A stretch of 64,000 bases of DNA from a phage, in assembly GCA_014686905.1 (NCBI GenBank), contig GCA_014686905.1_4093.1; one strand, given 5' to 3'. Positions within the stretch are counted from its first letter, which is position 1. Every line of letters starts with the position of its first letter. Both the position numbers and the translations under genes were made by a program. The notes under the pieces were generated by a model that was given only the letters and a program-made list of their open reading frames with translations, had not been told where the DNA came from and did no database searches. Of the stretch, positions 37,141 to 47,140 are shown piece after piece.

Positions 37141-37820
37141 TGAAAAAGAAATTAAATGAACAAGGCTTACGTCCGCAAGTTCTCAAAGATTTGATTCATC
37201 CTATCATTAGTGTTGATGAATATACTCCTAAAATTGAAGATAGTAATATTGTTATTATGTTTCAGGTACTTAACAATTTTGATGCAGCATATGATTTATC
37301 TTCTTTTATTGAAAAATCACCTATTGATGTAGCTGATACAGAAGCAGCAGAAACACCAAATTTAGATGGTCGATATCAAGTTTATGTTGAAATGGAACGA
37401 AATGCTGAATTCCCTGAAAAACTTTTACGTTTAATTAAAACTATTGAAAATATTTGTCCAGACCCAGGTTGGAAAATACAACTATATGGTGTTAATGACA
37501 CAATCGATGTTGATTTTGAAGAAATACAGCAGAGAATTGATTTGGGTATTCCTAGTTCAATTAGTGAGTTCCTTGATTATGCTGGTGTTTCAGTAATCAA
37601 AGAAGGAAACATGTTGACATTAAAAACAGCATATGGTAAATTACATTACAGTACTGGAAGCGGTTTTGTTTCAGAAACATATGTGAAAAAGTTATTAAAG
37701 AATGATACACAATTAGACACTTCGCGTCTTAGTTCCATACTAGGGGAAAGCTATACAGTACTACGAAGTGGTGATCAATATGTAATTGGAAGAAACGGGA
37801 AATATTTGGTGTTGCGATGA
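37140..37820 (+). CDS. hypothetical protein
   Basis: 226-aa ORF coupled to upstream gene. Confidence 0.4.
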   Translation: MKKKLNEQGLRPQVLKDLIHPIISVDEYTPKIEDSNIVIMFQVLNNFDAAYDLSSFIEKSPIDVADTEAAETPNLDGRYQVYVEMERNAEFPEKLLRLIKTIENICPDPGWKIQLYGVNDTIDVDFEEIQQRIDLGIPSSISEFLDYAGVSVIKEGNMLTLKTAYGKLHYSTGSGFVSETYVKKLLKNDTQLDTSRLSSILGESYTVLRSGDQYVIGRNGKYLVLR

Positions 37821-38635
37821 GAATTTTAAATATGCTTAAATCTCTTCACGAAACAACCAAATTACATCAGGATGAAAAGTATCGTCGCAGCCTTACTAAA
37901 GATTTAGCATGTCGTATGTATATGCGTAGATTTGAAATTTCAAGAATTGGTAAAGGCTGGGATGATGTAAATCGTGAAGACATTGATCCAGATGCAATTT
38001 TTAAAGCATACATGGCTAGAAAAGTTTTCATAAATGAAAAAACTTTTTATATTGATAGTGATAGAGAATTAGAAAATAAATTTACAAAAGGTTTATGGAA
38101 GATATGGTGTGTTGAAGTATTCGGTGAAGTATTACCTGAGCCACCTGTTCCAGAAACTTATAAAGATTTAAAAAGTATTTTTGATAATGAACATATACAT
38201 TCAAATTTCTCATTATATGATACTGTGTCAGAAGCTGTATTTTATGGTGAGTTACATGGTCATAACAAATACTTTGATAGTATGGTTAGTTTTGATTTGT
38301 TTTGTCACTTGCCTGGTGTATCAAGTTGGACATGTGACCAACACAGAGCAAGTAAGATTGATAAGCGAAAATTCTCGGCCCAAAGATTTATGCAAGTTGC
38401 TATGAGTATGTATAAACTTGATTATCTTGGTTGTCCAGAACCATATAAACATTTTTGGAAAGAAAGAGCACAAAAATGTTTAAACTATTGTATAATCCGT
38501 TTAATGGACACATACATTCTTAAGTTTAGAAATGCAACTGTATACGACATGCCTGAACCACCAAAGAATGAAAAATATCCACCTGTCAAGACATTTGTAT
38601 GGTACAAGGATAAAAGTAACAAAAGGATGCACTAA
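37817..38635 (+). CDS. hypothetical protein
   Basis: 272-aa ORF; terminator overlaps stop. Confidence 0.4.
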   Translation: MRILNMLKSLHETTKLHQDEKYRRSLTKDLACRMYMRRFEISRIGKGWDDVNREDIDPDAIFKAYMARKVFINEKTFYIDSDRELENKFTKGLWKIWCVEVFGEVLPEPPVPETYKDLKSIFDNEHIHSNFSLYDTVSEAVFYGELHGHNKYFDSMVSFDLFCHLPGVSSWTCDQHRASKIDKRKFSAQRFMQVAMSMYKLDYLGCPEPYKHFWKERAQKCLNYCIIRLMDTYILKFRNATVYDMPEPPKNEKYPPVKTFVWYKDKSNKRMH

Positions 38636-38652
38636 GGTGCGTCCTTTTTTCT
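38624..38652 (+). terminator. rho-independent terminator overlapping stop codon
   Basis: AGGATGCAC-TAAG-GTGCGTCCT-TTTTTT. Confidence 0.65.
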
Positions 38653-38661
38653 TTTCAGGTG

Positions 38662-38690
38662 TTGACATGTGTAGTCGAAGTATGTACAAT
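38662..38690 (+). promoter_or_regulatory. sigma70-like promoter
   Basis: TTGACA-17-TACAAT directly after terminator. Confidence 0.6.
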
Positions 38691-38731
38691 ATCACCATAG
38701 CGTAAATTTTAATTGATTATGAGGTTTTATA

Positions 38732-39859
38732 ATGAAAGGTAAATATTTTTTCATTGAAAATGGCAAAGAAGTTGAGATTCAAGAATTTAACTATAATTAT
38801 GTACTGAACTCTTTATTGAAACAATATGACCGTTCATCAAACAAAAAATACATTTATAATGTAATTGTTCGCCGCACCTATGACTCATTGGGTAATCCGT
38901 TATTTGATGTAAAAACTCTGTCATTAGATGAAATCTATTTTGATAATAAACGTCTGAAAGTTCTTGATTTAATGAAGGATAAAATTCATTTTAGTAATAT
39001 TAGAATTGATCCTAACATGCCAGTACCGCCATTAGAGCGTGAATATCGTGAATGGAAAGAAGGTCGTGCCAAACCACGTTTAGACTTGGTACAAACATCA
39101 CCAGATGTACCTGCACCTATTGTTCTTAAGAAAAAACCTATCAACCCAGACGATAGCAGAATTGATGACATTGAAAGATGGGTTGAATTCCCTAGTACTA
39201 TTGAAAAGAATTCAGTAAAAGTACTAGACTGGTTTGTAAACTTACCAGTTTGTGCACAAGAAATTGGAACTAAGATTCAACAAATTTCAGAACGTCAATT
39301 GGATCTTAACTCAGCATTACAACAGCATAGTGATTATATTAGAATGCTTATGAATAACCTTACTGTTGCGTTGGAAACGTTGTTCCCATTGAAGCCGACC
39401 TTTACACAGAAATTGTTTGGTAAAACTGATATCAAAGTGCAACCATCAGATTTGCCAAAAGTGATGAAAGCACTAAATGAAGCAGTTAAGTATGACACTA
39501 ATAAGTTTAGTGGTCTTAGTACGATGTTTTCAGAACTTAGAAACGAAGTTAATGAAATCAAAAATGAACTTGAATATGGTAAGTTGGGTTGTGAATACGC
39601 ACTACGTTGTGTGGATGATGCGTTTGAATATGAATTAACATTAGAACGTATTATGAAAATGGGAATCACCACCTCCATGACTGAAACGAGCATTATTGCA
39701 ACAAGTAAGCAATATCAAGTTGATATGAATCGTATGGTAGATATTCAAACTATTACTATTCCTTTGATTATCAATCGTTTACAATCACAGACAGGTAAAG
39801 CTGTGGATGAGAGTACTGTAGAAATTATTCGTAATCTGGCATATGGTAACAAAGAGTAA
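38732..39859 (+). CDS. hypothetical protein
   Basis: 375-aa ORF after consensus promoter. Confidence 0.45.
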   Translation: MKGKYFFIENGKEVEIQEFNYNYVLNSLLKQYDRSSNKKYIYNVIVRRTYDSLGNPLFDVKTLSLDEIYFDNKRLKVLDLMKDKIHFSNIRIDPNMPVPPLEREYREWKEGRAKPRLDLVQTSPDVPAPIVLKKKPINPDDSRIDDIERWVEFPSTIEKNSVKVLDWFVNLPVCAQEIGTKIQQISERQLDLNSALQQHSDYIRMLMNNLTVALETLFPLKPTFTQKLFGKTDIKVQPSDLPKVMKALNEAVKYDTNKFSGLSTMFSELRNEVNEIKNELEYGKLGCEYALRCVDDAFEYELTLERIMKMGITTSMTETSIIATSKQYQVDMNRMVDIQTITIPLIINRLQSQTGKAVDESTVEIIRNLAYGNKE

Positions 39860-39868
39860 AAAAAATAC

Positions 39869-39897
39869 TTGACTATCATACGTGCTGCCCGTATAAT
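39869..39897 (+). promoter_or_regulatory. sigma70-like promoter
   Basis: TTGACT-17-TATAAT; -10 flanked by inverted repeat GTGCTGC...GCAGCAC. Confidence 0.6.
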
Positions 39898-39945
39898 GTT
39901 TATCACAGAGCAGCACATCATATTAAATTAAACGAGGAATACTAA

Positions 39946-41082
39946 ATGTCCGAGAAAGAAATCAATCCTAAAAAAGCATCCACCGCAGCTAAATCAGCAA
40001 AACGCACTACTAAAACTGCGTCTAAAGGTCATACAATTGATGCAAGTGATATTTTTAACCAAACTACAAAATCACTACCAGTACTGAAAGATGTTAAGGG
40101 AAATACTATGTCTCTAACAGTTCAAAACATCAATACTGTTGGTACAACTGCTGGTGCTGCTGTTGGGCGTTTGGCTGATGAAATTATGTCTAAAGTTAAT
40201 GTAACGGATGACAATACCGAGTTTGGTAAATCAATCACCACAATTCTTACGTTGACTCGTGCAGTTGATATTGACAGTCTTCAAGAAGATAAATCAATTG
40301 TTGGTCGTATTAAGAAATTCTTTGTTAATGCTCAACAGAAAGTAGGTGATCAGTACAAAAACAGTAAAGAGCAAATTGACGAAATTATGAAAACTCTTCA
40401 AACTGGTATTAATCGCCAGCACGGAGAATGTGAATGGCTTGATAAAGCATATAATGAAAACAAAGAATATTTGTTTGAATTACGTGATACATTAGTTGGT
40501 TTAGAAGAAGTAACTAAAACACAAGATGCATTATTATTAGAAATGCAAGCAGACAAAAATGTAGACTCTTTTGCTATTCAAGAGCAAAAGATGATTTGTG
40601 AAGCACTTTCTAAACAAGAAGATAAGATTCGTCGTCTTATCATGATGTGCGAGCTAAGTGGTCCACGTTTGATGAGTATGAAAAAAGTAAACTTGAACAC
40701 TGTTTCTAAGTTTGAAGATTTAAAATCTGTTGTTATTCCAGCATGGAAGTCTCAATTGGCTGAACAGTTAATTTCCGAGCGTCAACGTAAGGATAATGAA
40801 CTAGGCAATCTAATTGATAATGAGACAAACCGTCTTTTGGAAACTAACTCTAAAATGGTTGCAGCAAATATGTTGGACGCAGCAAAGGCAAACAACCGTG
40901 GTATTGTGGATATTAAAACCTTGCGTAATGTACATAAAACGATGATTGACAGTATTGAAGCAGTTATTGAAGAAGAGAAAAAAGGTAAATTGGAACGTGA
41001 ACGTGCTAAACAGGAAATTGCACAACTTTCCTATGAACTGGAAGACACTCTTCGTGAAATTGCCGAAAAAGCTAACAAGTAA
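39946..41082 (+). CDS. hypothetical protein, coiled-coil rich
   Basis: 378-aa ORF after consensus promoter. Confidence 0.45.
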   Translation: MSEKEINPKKASTAAKSAKRTTKTASKGHTIDASDIFNQTTKSLPVLKDVKGNTMSLTVQNINTVGTTAGAAVGRLADEIMSKVNVTDDNTEFGKSITTILTLTRAVDIDSLQEDKSIVGRIKKFFVNAQQKVGDQYKNSKEQIDEIMKTLQTGINRQHGECEWLDKAYNENKEYLFELRDTLVGLEEVTKTQDALLLEMQADKNVDSFAIQEQKMICEALSKQEDKIRRLIMMCELSGPRLMSMKKVNLNTVSKFEDLKSVVIPAWKSQLAEQLISERQRKDNELGNLIDNETNRLLETNSKMVAANMLDAAKANNRGIVDIKTLRNVHKTMIDSIEAVIEEEKKGKLERERAKQEIAQLSYELEDTLREIAEKANK

Positions 41083-41085
41083 TAG

Positions 41086-41114
41086 TTGACATATGAGTGC
41101 GTTTTTAATATAAT
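41086..41114 (+). promoter_or_regulatory. consensus sigma70 promoter upstream of dexA
   Basis: TTGACA-17-TATAAT; -10 sits in the loop of the upstream terminator hairpin. Confidence 0.65.
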
Positions 41115-41137
41115 CTTATTGAAAACGCACTCTTTTT
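41095..41137 (+). terminator. hairpin terminator overlapping dexA promoter
   Basis: GAGTGCGTTTT...AAAACGCACTC (20-nt loop holding the -10) then TTTTT. Confidence 0.45.
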
Positions 41138-41161
41138 AATGTACAGATAAGGAACTAACTT

Positions 41162-41851
41162 ATGAAACGTCGTCATATTAGTGTTGATATTGAAGCTCTT
41201 GGAACACCTGAACTTTCCGGTTATGATATTATTATCCCAAATTACGCAGCAGTAGTAGTTCCAAGTAAACCTGAAAATGACATTCGTCAGTTCTTATATA
41301 TTAAATTACCATACCAGGATCAAGTTGCAACTGGTTTAAAATCAGACGCAGGTGCAATGGATTTTTGGATGAATACATGTCAGAAAGAATACCCTAATGC
41401 ATATGCTGAAGTTGCCAGTACTATGAAACTCAAAGCACCCGAACTGTATGGACCGAATGGTCAATCACGACGATTTTTTGCATACAGTAGTATTGTTGAT
41501 TTCTGGAAAGAATTACGTTACAATGATTATGGTGAAGAAGTTCCTCATTCAGTCTGGGGTAACGGATGTAACTTCGATTGTAGCATTTTACAAGCAAACC
41601 ATTTAAAACTAATGAACGCTGGTGAGTTATGGAAGTATGATGCACCTGAAAATGCACGCACATTGAAACGTTTATTGAATGAAGAAGCTCGTATTGAAAT
41701 GGATGAAATCGTTTCGGTACAGTTGGATAAATTTATCACATATGCAAATACGTGTGGGATTAATGGGTTGGAGTTACATCATCCACTATTTGATGCAGCA
41801 CGTGAAGCAATCCAGATTTCATTCTGTCTAAACAAGCTTAAAATGGATTAA
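41162..41851 (+). CDS. dexA: DEDDh 3'-5' exonuclease, T4 DexA-like
   Basis: Exo I DIEALG, Exo II WGNGCNFDCSIL, Exo III HHPLFDAAREA; 229 aa. Confidence 0.7.
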   Translation: MKRRHISVDIEALGTPELSGYDIIIPNYAAVVVPSKPENDIRQFLYIKLPYQDQVATGLKSDAGAMDFWMNTCQKEYPNAYAEVASTMKLKAPELYGPNGQSRRFFAYSSIVDFWKELRYNDYGEEVPHSVWGNGCNFDCSILQANHLKLMNAGELWKYDAPENARTLKRLLNEEARIEMDEIVSVQLDKFITYANTCGINGLELHHPLFDAAREAIQISFCLNKLKMD

Positions 41852-41854
41852 TAC

Positions 41855-42949
41855 ATGAATTTCATTATTCTGTTAATACCTGCTCTTATCGTTGTATTCG
41901 TTATGAAATACATGTACGATAAGCATATCAGTACTAAAGAACTATTGATTCATATTGGTTGTTGTCTGGTTGGTGCGGCTCTTGTTCTTGGTATTTCATA
42001 CGCAATCAACTATAGCCAGCTTTATGATGTTGAGATTCTGAATGGTCAAGTAACTTCAAAATACAGCCACAAAGAATATTGCACACAATCTAGTTCATGT
42101 AAGCACTATACATGGCATGAGAAGTGCCATACGCGATATGATAGTAAAGGTAAATCACATCGTGAGTGTGAATCATATAAGGTTTTTGATTACTCATATG
42201 AAGTTGATTGGTATGTGAAAAGTACAGTAGGTGAGTTTGAGATTGAACGTGTGAACCGTCAAGGTACAATGACACCACCACGTTGGCAGCAAGTTATGAT
42301 TGGTGACTATGCCGCCGCAGAGAGTTCATATATCAACTATCTATTTGCTGATAAGAACTCATTGTTTAGTCCTGAAGAACTACACAACATGTATGATGAA
42401 AAGTATCTTAGTACTATTCCAGAATACCCAAGTGTAGTTGATTATTACAAAACACATCACGTAATTAACACTACAAATTACAACGTTGATGGTTACGATG
42501 AATACCTTCGTAATGAGCTAAAAACGATGGGTGCACGAAAGCAGGTAAACATCCAAGTACTAGTTTATGATTACAAAGATGTTGATTTTGTTGATGCTAC
42601 CCTTGCATCGTGGCGTGGTGGTAAGAAGAATGATGTTATTATGTTCTTTGGTATTGACAATGATGGTAACGTTGTCAAATTTTACAGTACATCATTTGCA
42701 CAAGGAATGAAGAATGAAGAGTTACATGCAAAGATGCGTATTGATGCATTAAATGAAAAATTAACTCTTGACTTACTAGTTAAAGAAGTACATAATATTG
42801 ACACACAGTTTGAGAGACTCTCTAATAAAGAGTTTGAGTACTTGTCAGTAAAAATGGAACCTAGAAAAGATGTTCTTATCGGTGCTTCCATTGTTTTGTT
42901 GATTGTGTCTATTTTCATTGGCCTTTATATGAGGGATAACGATTTATGA
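41855..42949 (+). CDS. membrane protein, N- and C-terminal TM helices, Cys-rich ectodomain
   Basis: Hydrophobic N-terminus and C-terminal LIGASIVLLIVSIFIGLY; Cys cluster. Confidence 0.45.
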   Translation: MNFIILLIPALIVVFVMKYMYDKHISTKELLIHIGCCLVGAALVLGISYAINYSQLYDVEILNGQVTSKYSHKEYCTQSSSCKHYTWHEKCHTRYDSKGKSHRECESYKVFDYSYEVDWYVKSTVGEFEIERVNRQGTMTPPRWQQVMIGDYAAAESSYINYLFADKNSLFSPEELHNMYDEKYLSTIPEYPSVVDYYKTHHVINTTNYNVDGYDEYLRNELKTMGARKQVNIQVLVYDYKDVDFVDATLASWRGGKKNDVIMFFGIDNDGNVVKFYSTSFAQGMKNEELHAKMRIDALNEKLTLDLLVKEVHNIDTQFERLSNKEFEYLSVKMEPRKDVLIGASIVLLIVSIFIGLYMRDNDL

Positions 42950-43500
42950 ATGGTAAACTCCTTGCGTTAATTGGTATTTTGGTAGTTATTGTACTAATGG
43001 TGTTTGGTTCTATTAGTATGTATGTTGGTGCACATGATCGTGCAGTTGAGTTTGAAGGAAACATTAAAAAGTACTATGATGCATCTGAAAGTCAACTTAG
43101 CAATTATACTCTTACTATTCAAGATAAGGTTCAAGTAGCAGATAAGTACAAAAATGCGTTGAAAGAAACGATTGAGTCATACTTTAAAGGGCGTGAAGGT
43201 GTTGACCAGAAGTTTGTAATGTCACAGATTCAACAACAGGTTCCAAATCTTGATCCTAAAATTTATCAGGAATTGATGGTGACAATTGAAGCAGGACGTA
43301 CAAAGTTCAACAATCTTCAGAAAATGAAAATTGACCAGTGTACTGATTATGCTAAGTTCCGCAAAGGCTTCTGGAATTCCAAAATTCTTGATTCGAATAC
43401 GTTTCCAAGTGAAAATATTGAACACCTTTGTACAGTAGTATCTGATACACGTACCAAGAAAGCAATGGATACTGGTATTCAAGAATCAATTAAACTATAA
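42946..43500 (+). CDS. N-terminally membrane-anchored protein
   Basis: Signal-anchor LLALIGILVVIVLMVF; terminator downstream. Confidence 0.45.
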   Translation: MNGKLLALIGILVVIVLMVFGSISMYVGAHDRAVEFEGNIKKYYDASESQLSNYTLTIQDKVQVADKYKNALKETIESYFKGREGVDQKFVMSQIQQQVPNLDPKIYQELMVTIEAGRTKFNNLQKMKIDQCTDYAKFRKGFWNSKILDSNTFPSENIEHLCTVVSDTRTKKAMDTGIQESIKL

Positions 43501-43509
43501 TTAAATGTT

Positions 43510-43534
43510 GGGAGTACTTTGTACTCCCCTTTTC
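43510..43534 (+). terminator. rho-independent terminator
   Basis: GGGAGTAC-TTT-GTACTCCC-CTTTTCT. Confidence 0.65.
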
Positions 43535-43547
43535 TATGGGGTGTACT

Positions 43548-44135
43548 ATGTTTTTAAAAAATACTTATGAATTAATTAAAATGCTTCAAAATATGAATTC
43601 CGGTGGCTTGTTTCCCTATTACTCTGAGGATGAAACTCATCGTTTAGTCCTTAAATTGGATGAAACTGGACGTATTATATCACTAAGAACAACAGTCCCC
43701 AGTGTAGAACCAGTAATTACCAAATCAACTCAAAATTCAGGAACTGCTGTTAAAACACCACAAACATACAACTCTAATTACCAACAACCACAAATGTACA
43801 CGATTAGCACTCCACCTATTAAACGAGTTGCTTGTATTGTGAATATAAAAGTATCTAAGGACTATCGCGACTTAATATCAGTTGAATGGTCAGAACTAAC
43901 ATCATCATTAGCAACAAATGGATTTGTAGTAACAAATACAGGTCTAGCACAAAATGTGAAAGAAGGACAACAGATCATGAGTGCATTGTATCTTAGTAAT
44001 GGTTGTGTTATCATCAATGGTAAGTTGTATAGCGATGCCGACCCCACTGCATTCACTGAAGATTTGATTGGTGATAAAGAATACAGCATTCTAGAAATTA
44101 TGAATTTGAAAAAGGTATATGAAAACCATGACTAG
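43548..44135 (+). CDS. hypothetical protein
   Basis: Track ORF 43536; ATG 43548 preferred. Confidence 0.4.
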   Translation: MFLKNTYELIKMLQNMNSGGLFPYYSEDETHRLVLKLDETGRIISLRTTVPSVEPVITKSTQNSGTAVKTPQTYNSNYQQPQMYTISTPPIKRVACIVNIKVSKDYRDLISVEWSELTSSLATNGFVVTNTGLAQNVKEGQQIMSALYLSNGCVIINGKLYSDADPTAFTEDLIGDKEYSILEIMNLKKVYENHD

Positions 44136-44700
44136 ATTTCATCAGGATGATTTGCCATTTATCCAAGAACTAGAAGAACTGGTGATAAGTATTATGGATG
44201 AAATTAGTACTTGGGATATAACAGTTTTTCGAAATGTATATGATAAAGTTGTGAATTTTAAAAATGTTAATATTGAAGTAAAACATAATAATTTTTACTT
44301 AACAAAACAATTCATTCTAACTCGACCAGGATCAAAGCCAGTTAAACGTAATTTATCATTCGGACACCTGATTGGTGCAGAAAATGTACATGATGAATGG
44401 GTTGATTCAATCTATTCGTATACAAAAGAACTTATTCCTGATATTGAGAAAAAATATTATCTTAGTATCACATTAGATGAACAAGGAAAACTAAATGCGT
44501 ATTCCATAAATTCATCAGCACACGTTCCATTACATTCAACGTCAATTGGTGATAAACAATTACTAATCGATTCATCAACATGGCACAATAGGGAAAGTTT
44601 CTCCGCTGAAACTTTTCAGTACTCGGTATCTGAACCAAAGTCTCCATTTGATTTTGTGTTTGTTAATAACATCCTTTTACGTTTTGGTGTAGGAGTCTAA
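44119..44700 (+). CDS. hypothetical protein (weak match to the EE-x-F-Q family motif: ETFQYSVSEP)
   Basis: 193-aa ORF. Confidence 0.4.
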   Translation: MKTMTRFHQDDLPFIQELEELVISIMDEISTWDITVFRNVYDKVVNFKNVNIEVKHNNFYLTKQFILTRPGSKPVKRNLSFGHLIGAENVHDEWVDSIYSYTKELIPDIEKKYYLSITLDEQGKLNAYSINSSAHVPLHSTSIGDKQLLIDSSTWHNRESFSAETFQYSVSEPKSPFDFVFVNNILLRFGVGV

Positions 44701-44702
44701 TT

Positions 44703-45056
44703 ATGCTAATTTATTTGAGTGTTCTTGTTATTTCATTACTGGTATCATTAGCAGTACTGAAAGCTGTTGCCATCGGTCGTAGTAAAATTGACAGTACTGA
44801 AACGAGTTCCGTTCTAGATTTGATTATGGATCATCCTAAAGTCTGTGGTATTATTGTATTGTTTGTTATTCTGATTAATACGTATATTGTCAGGGATCAT
44901 TTATATAATATGTATGATTGTAGTGTTAGATCTATATCACAAGGTGTTGAAACTGACTATAGCTGGTACTATGAGAAATGTAGATTTAAAAATCAGCATG
45001 GTATTTGGGTTGATTTTGACAAACTACGTGGAACTCCTTCAGGAGAAGAAGAATAA
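44703..45056 (+). CDS. small membrane protein
   Basis: Two hydrophobic segments. Confidence 0.35.
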   Translation: MLIYLSVLVISLLVSLAVLKAVAIGRSKIDSTETSSVLDLIMDHPKVCGIIVLFVILINTYIVRDHLYNMYDCSVRSISQGVETDYSWYYEKCRFKNQHGIWVDFDKLRGTPSGEEE

Positions 45057-45058
45057 TT

Positions 45059-45550
45059 ATGTTTGAGTTCCCAGAAGAGTCATTTGACTTTATTGACCCT
45101 ACTGATGATGGATACCGACACATTAACATTTATAGTAAAGCTAGAACTAAGTTAGGTAGAGATCTATCTAACTTTTCTTCACATAGCTTCACACTTGAGC
45201 CATATGGTTGGTTCCCTTCAGTTGAAACATTTTACTTTTGGTTTTTAACTGGGCAAAAACATGATGACCTTAGAAAAGTATCTGGTGCAGCAGCAAAAGC
45301 AGCCGCTAACAAATATATGCATGATCGAATTGAAATGACGGATGATTGTATTTCTATTATTCAAGATGCTATTTGTGCTAAGATAATTCAAAATCCAGAG
45401 TTAGCCGAAAGATTAAGAAAAAGCAAGTTACCTTTTTACCATTACTATGTATATGGTGGTAAAGTTGTAGATGTATCCGACGAACATGATTGGTTTGTTA
45501 AAACATTCGAATATATAAGAACGGTGTTAAAGGAAAACTATAATGGGTAA
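45059..45550 (+). CDS. possible NADAR/YbiA-like domain protein
   Basis: LSNFSSHSFTLEPYGWFPSVETFYFWFL...AAKAAANK resembles the NADAR LSNF...SVEHYFQA...AK pattern; by eye only. Confidence 0.35.
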   Translation: MFEFPEESFDFIDPTDDGYRHINIYSKARTKLGRDLSNFSSHSFTLEPYGWFPSVETFYFWFLTGQKHDDLRKVSGAAAKAAANKYMHDRIEMTDDCISIIQDAICAKIIQNPELAERLRKSKLPFYHYYVYGGKVVDVSDEHDWFVKTFEYIRTVLKENYNG

Positions 45551-45821
45551 ATGTTGGGTATGCTTCAAGGTGTTTGATGAAGAATATGAAATAATATTAG
45601 ATGTATTGCCACAGCAGTACATGGTGTGTAATGAAAAATACAAATTGGACACCTACCCGACCCCCAAGTACATGGGAATATGTCCTTTGTGTGATGCAAA
45701 TGGCGTGTCCAATAGTGAGATTTCATTCACTAACCAAGCCACAACTAACTGTGTATCTGGGTATATAAGAGAGAATCGAGAATATTTTATTAGGAGATTA
45801 TATGAACGACAAAATCTTTGA
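45543..45821 (+). CDS. small Cys-rich (zinc-ribbon-like) protein
   Basis: CWVC...CPLC pairs. Confidence 0.35.
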   Translation: MGKCWVCFKVFDEEYEIILDVLPQQYMVCNEKYKLDTYPTPKYMGICPLCDANGVSNSEISFTNQATTNCVSGYIRENREYFIRRLYERQNL

Positions 45822-46032
45822 TACATATGACATCGATACTTTACTAACACCATCTGATAACAGTACTGTTAAAATGGACATGTACTGGATTGTCGTTGAT
45901 AAAAAAGTATTTAGACATAAAATTACTAAAGTTTGGCAATGTAATAAAAACAAATCTATTGTTGAAGGATTGGCACAATGCATTCCTAATGCAGAGGTTT
46001 TATTTTTACCATATGCATATACAAAGGAATAA
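45802..46032 (+). CDS. hypothetical small protein
   Basis: 76-aa ORF. Confidence 0.3.
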   Translation: MNDKIFDTYDIDTLLTPSDNSTVKMDMYWIVVDKKVFRHKITKVWQCNKNKSIVEGLAQCIPNAEVLFLPYAYTKE

Positions 46033-46033
46033 A

Positions 46034-46195
46034 ATGAAAAAAACTTGGAAAATATTCACAATACCTGCTATAATGTTGTTATTGGCACTTTTCACACCGC
46101 AGAGTCATGTATTGTCTCTTAACATTGTGGAAATAATTCTTCTTGTAATTCACTGTGTCGTGTGTTATAATTATGTAAAAGGTGATAAAGAATGA
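46034..46195 (+). CDS. small membrane protein (53 aa)
   Basis: ATG 46034 after AAAGGAA; hydrophobic core. Confidence 0.3.
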   Translation: MKKTWKIFTIPAIMLLLALFTPQSHVLSLNIVEIILLVIHCVVCYNYVKGDKE

Positions 46196-46614
46196 AGTTC
46201 TTTAAAATTCGAATTGGTGTAAGTTCTGGTTTATCTCATTGGGTATTTTATGATTTACCTGATAGTTATACTATTGATGATGTAATTGATTTATATACCG
46301 AAGATCAACAATGGGTGTTAGATACCGAAACACATAGAATTGATTGTCAAGAGATTAGTGAAGAAGATTACAAACACGGAAAGCAAGCCATGAAGTATTT
46401 TGAAACAAATATCAAAATGCTGACTGAAAACGTATTTCCAGTAAAAGAATGGGCAATTTTACTTGCTAATCCTAAAAAACCTGTTAGAATTGGTTATCCA
46501 AATTTTCATATGGTGTATCGTATGAATGATAAGCGAGAGCTTAACTATCAATACGATTACGATTCATCTAAGTTTGGAGTTCTTAAACAATTTTTAAAGG
46601 CTTATCCAGTATGA
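46192..46614 (+). CDS. hypothetical protein
   Basis: 140-aa ORF, ATGA overlap. Confidence 0.4.
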   Translation: MKFFKIRIGVSSGLSHWVFYDLPDSYTIDDVIDLYTEDQQWVLDTETHRIDCQEISEEDYKHGKQAMKYFETNIKMLTENVFPVKEWAILLANPKKPVRIGYPNFHMVYRMNDKRELNYQYDYDSSKFGVLKQFLKAYPV

Positions 46615-46946
46615 GTGAAGATAGTAAAGAGTATATTTTACGTTGTTCTTGTGGCGATAAAATGGAGCATTGCGTTCACATTGCACAATTTGACTTGACA
46701 GAGGAATATGGAGATGATAAACTTGGTCAATGTCTGATAAGTATGCGTTTAAATCCTTTTTTAAAATGGTATAACCGTGTATGGGTTGCAGTAAAGTATG
46801 TTTTTGGTGTAAACGACTATCAATATGTAGAAGCAACAATTGATGTTGACATTCTAAAAGAAGTTGTGTTACAATTAGAAGATACTAGAACTGATGAGGT
46901 TAAAAAAGAACAAAGAGAAAAACGTACTGATGTGAAGGTTTTATGA
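46611..46946 (+). CDS. hypothetical protein
   Basis: 111-aa ORF. Confidence 0.35.
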   Translation: MSEDSKEYILRCSCGDKMEHCVHIAQFDLTEEYGDDKLGQCLISMRLNPFLKWYNRVWVAVKYVFGVNDYQYVEATIDVDILKEVVLQLEDTRTDEVKKEQREKRTDVKVL

Positions 46947-47137
46947 GTACTGAACTTTATGAAAAAAAGTACTGTACAAATTGCTCAACTGAGTATACAA
47001 TACAAGGTATGTTGATTTGTACAATATGTCAGTCAAAGAAATCAGCAACTTTCATCGTTGATGATAGATTTGGTGATTTGAAACAGTTTAAAGCAAACCG
47101 CAATCTTCGTATTTTTAGCAATCTAAATAAGGAATAA
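46943..47137 (+). CDS. small zinc-ribbon protein
   Basis: CTNC...CTIC. Confidence 0.35.
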   Translation: MSTELYEKKYCTNCSTEYTIQGMLICTICQSKKSATFIVDDRFGDLKQFKANRNLRIFSNLNKE

Positions 47138-47140
47138 TAT

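Noticed and set aside
36577-37820. 187-aa and 226-aa ORFs after the clamp loader considered as T4 gp62 and gp45 homologs
   Set aside because: Lengths match T4 gp62 and gp45 closely but no sequence similarity to either was visible by eye; left as hypothetical proteins.
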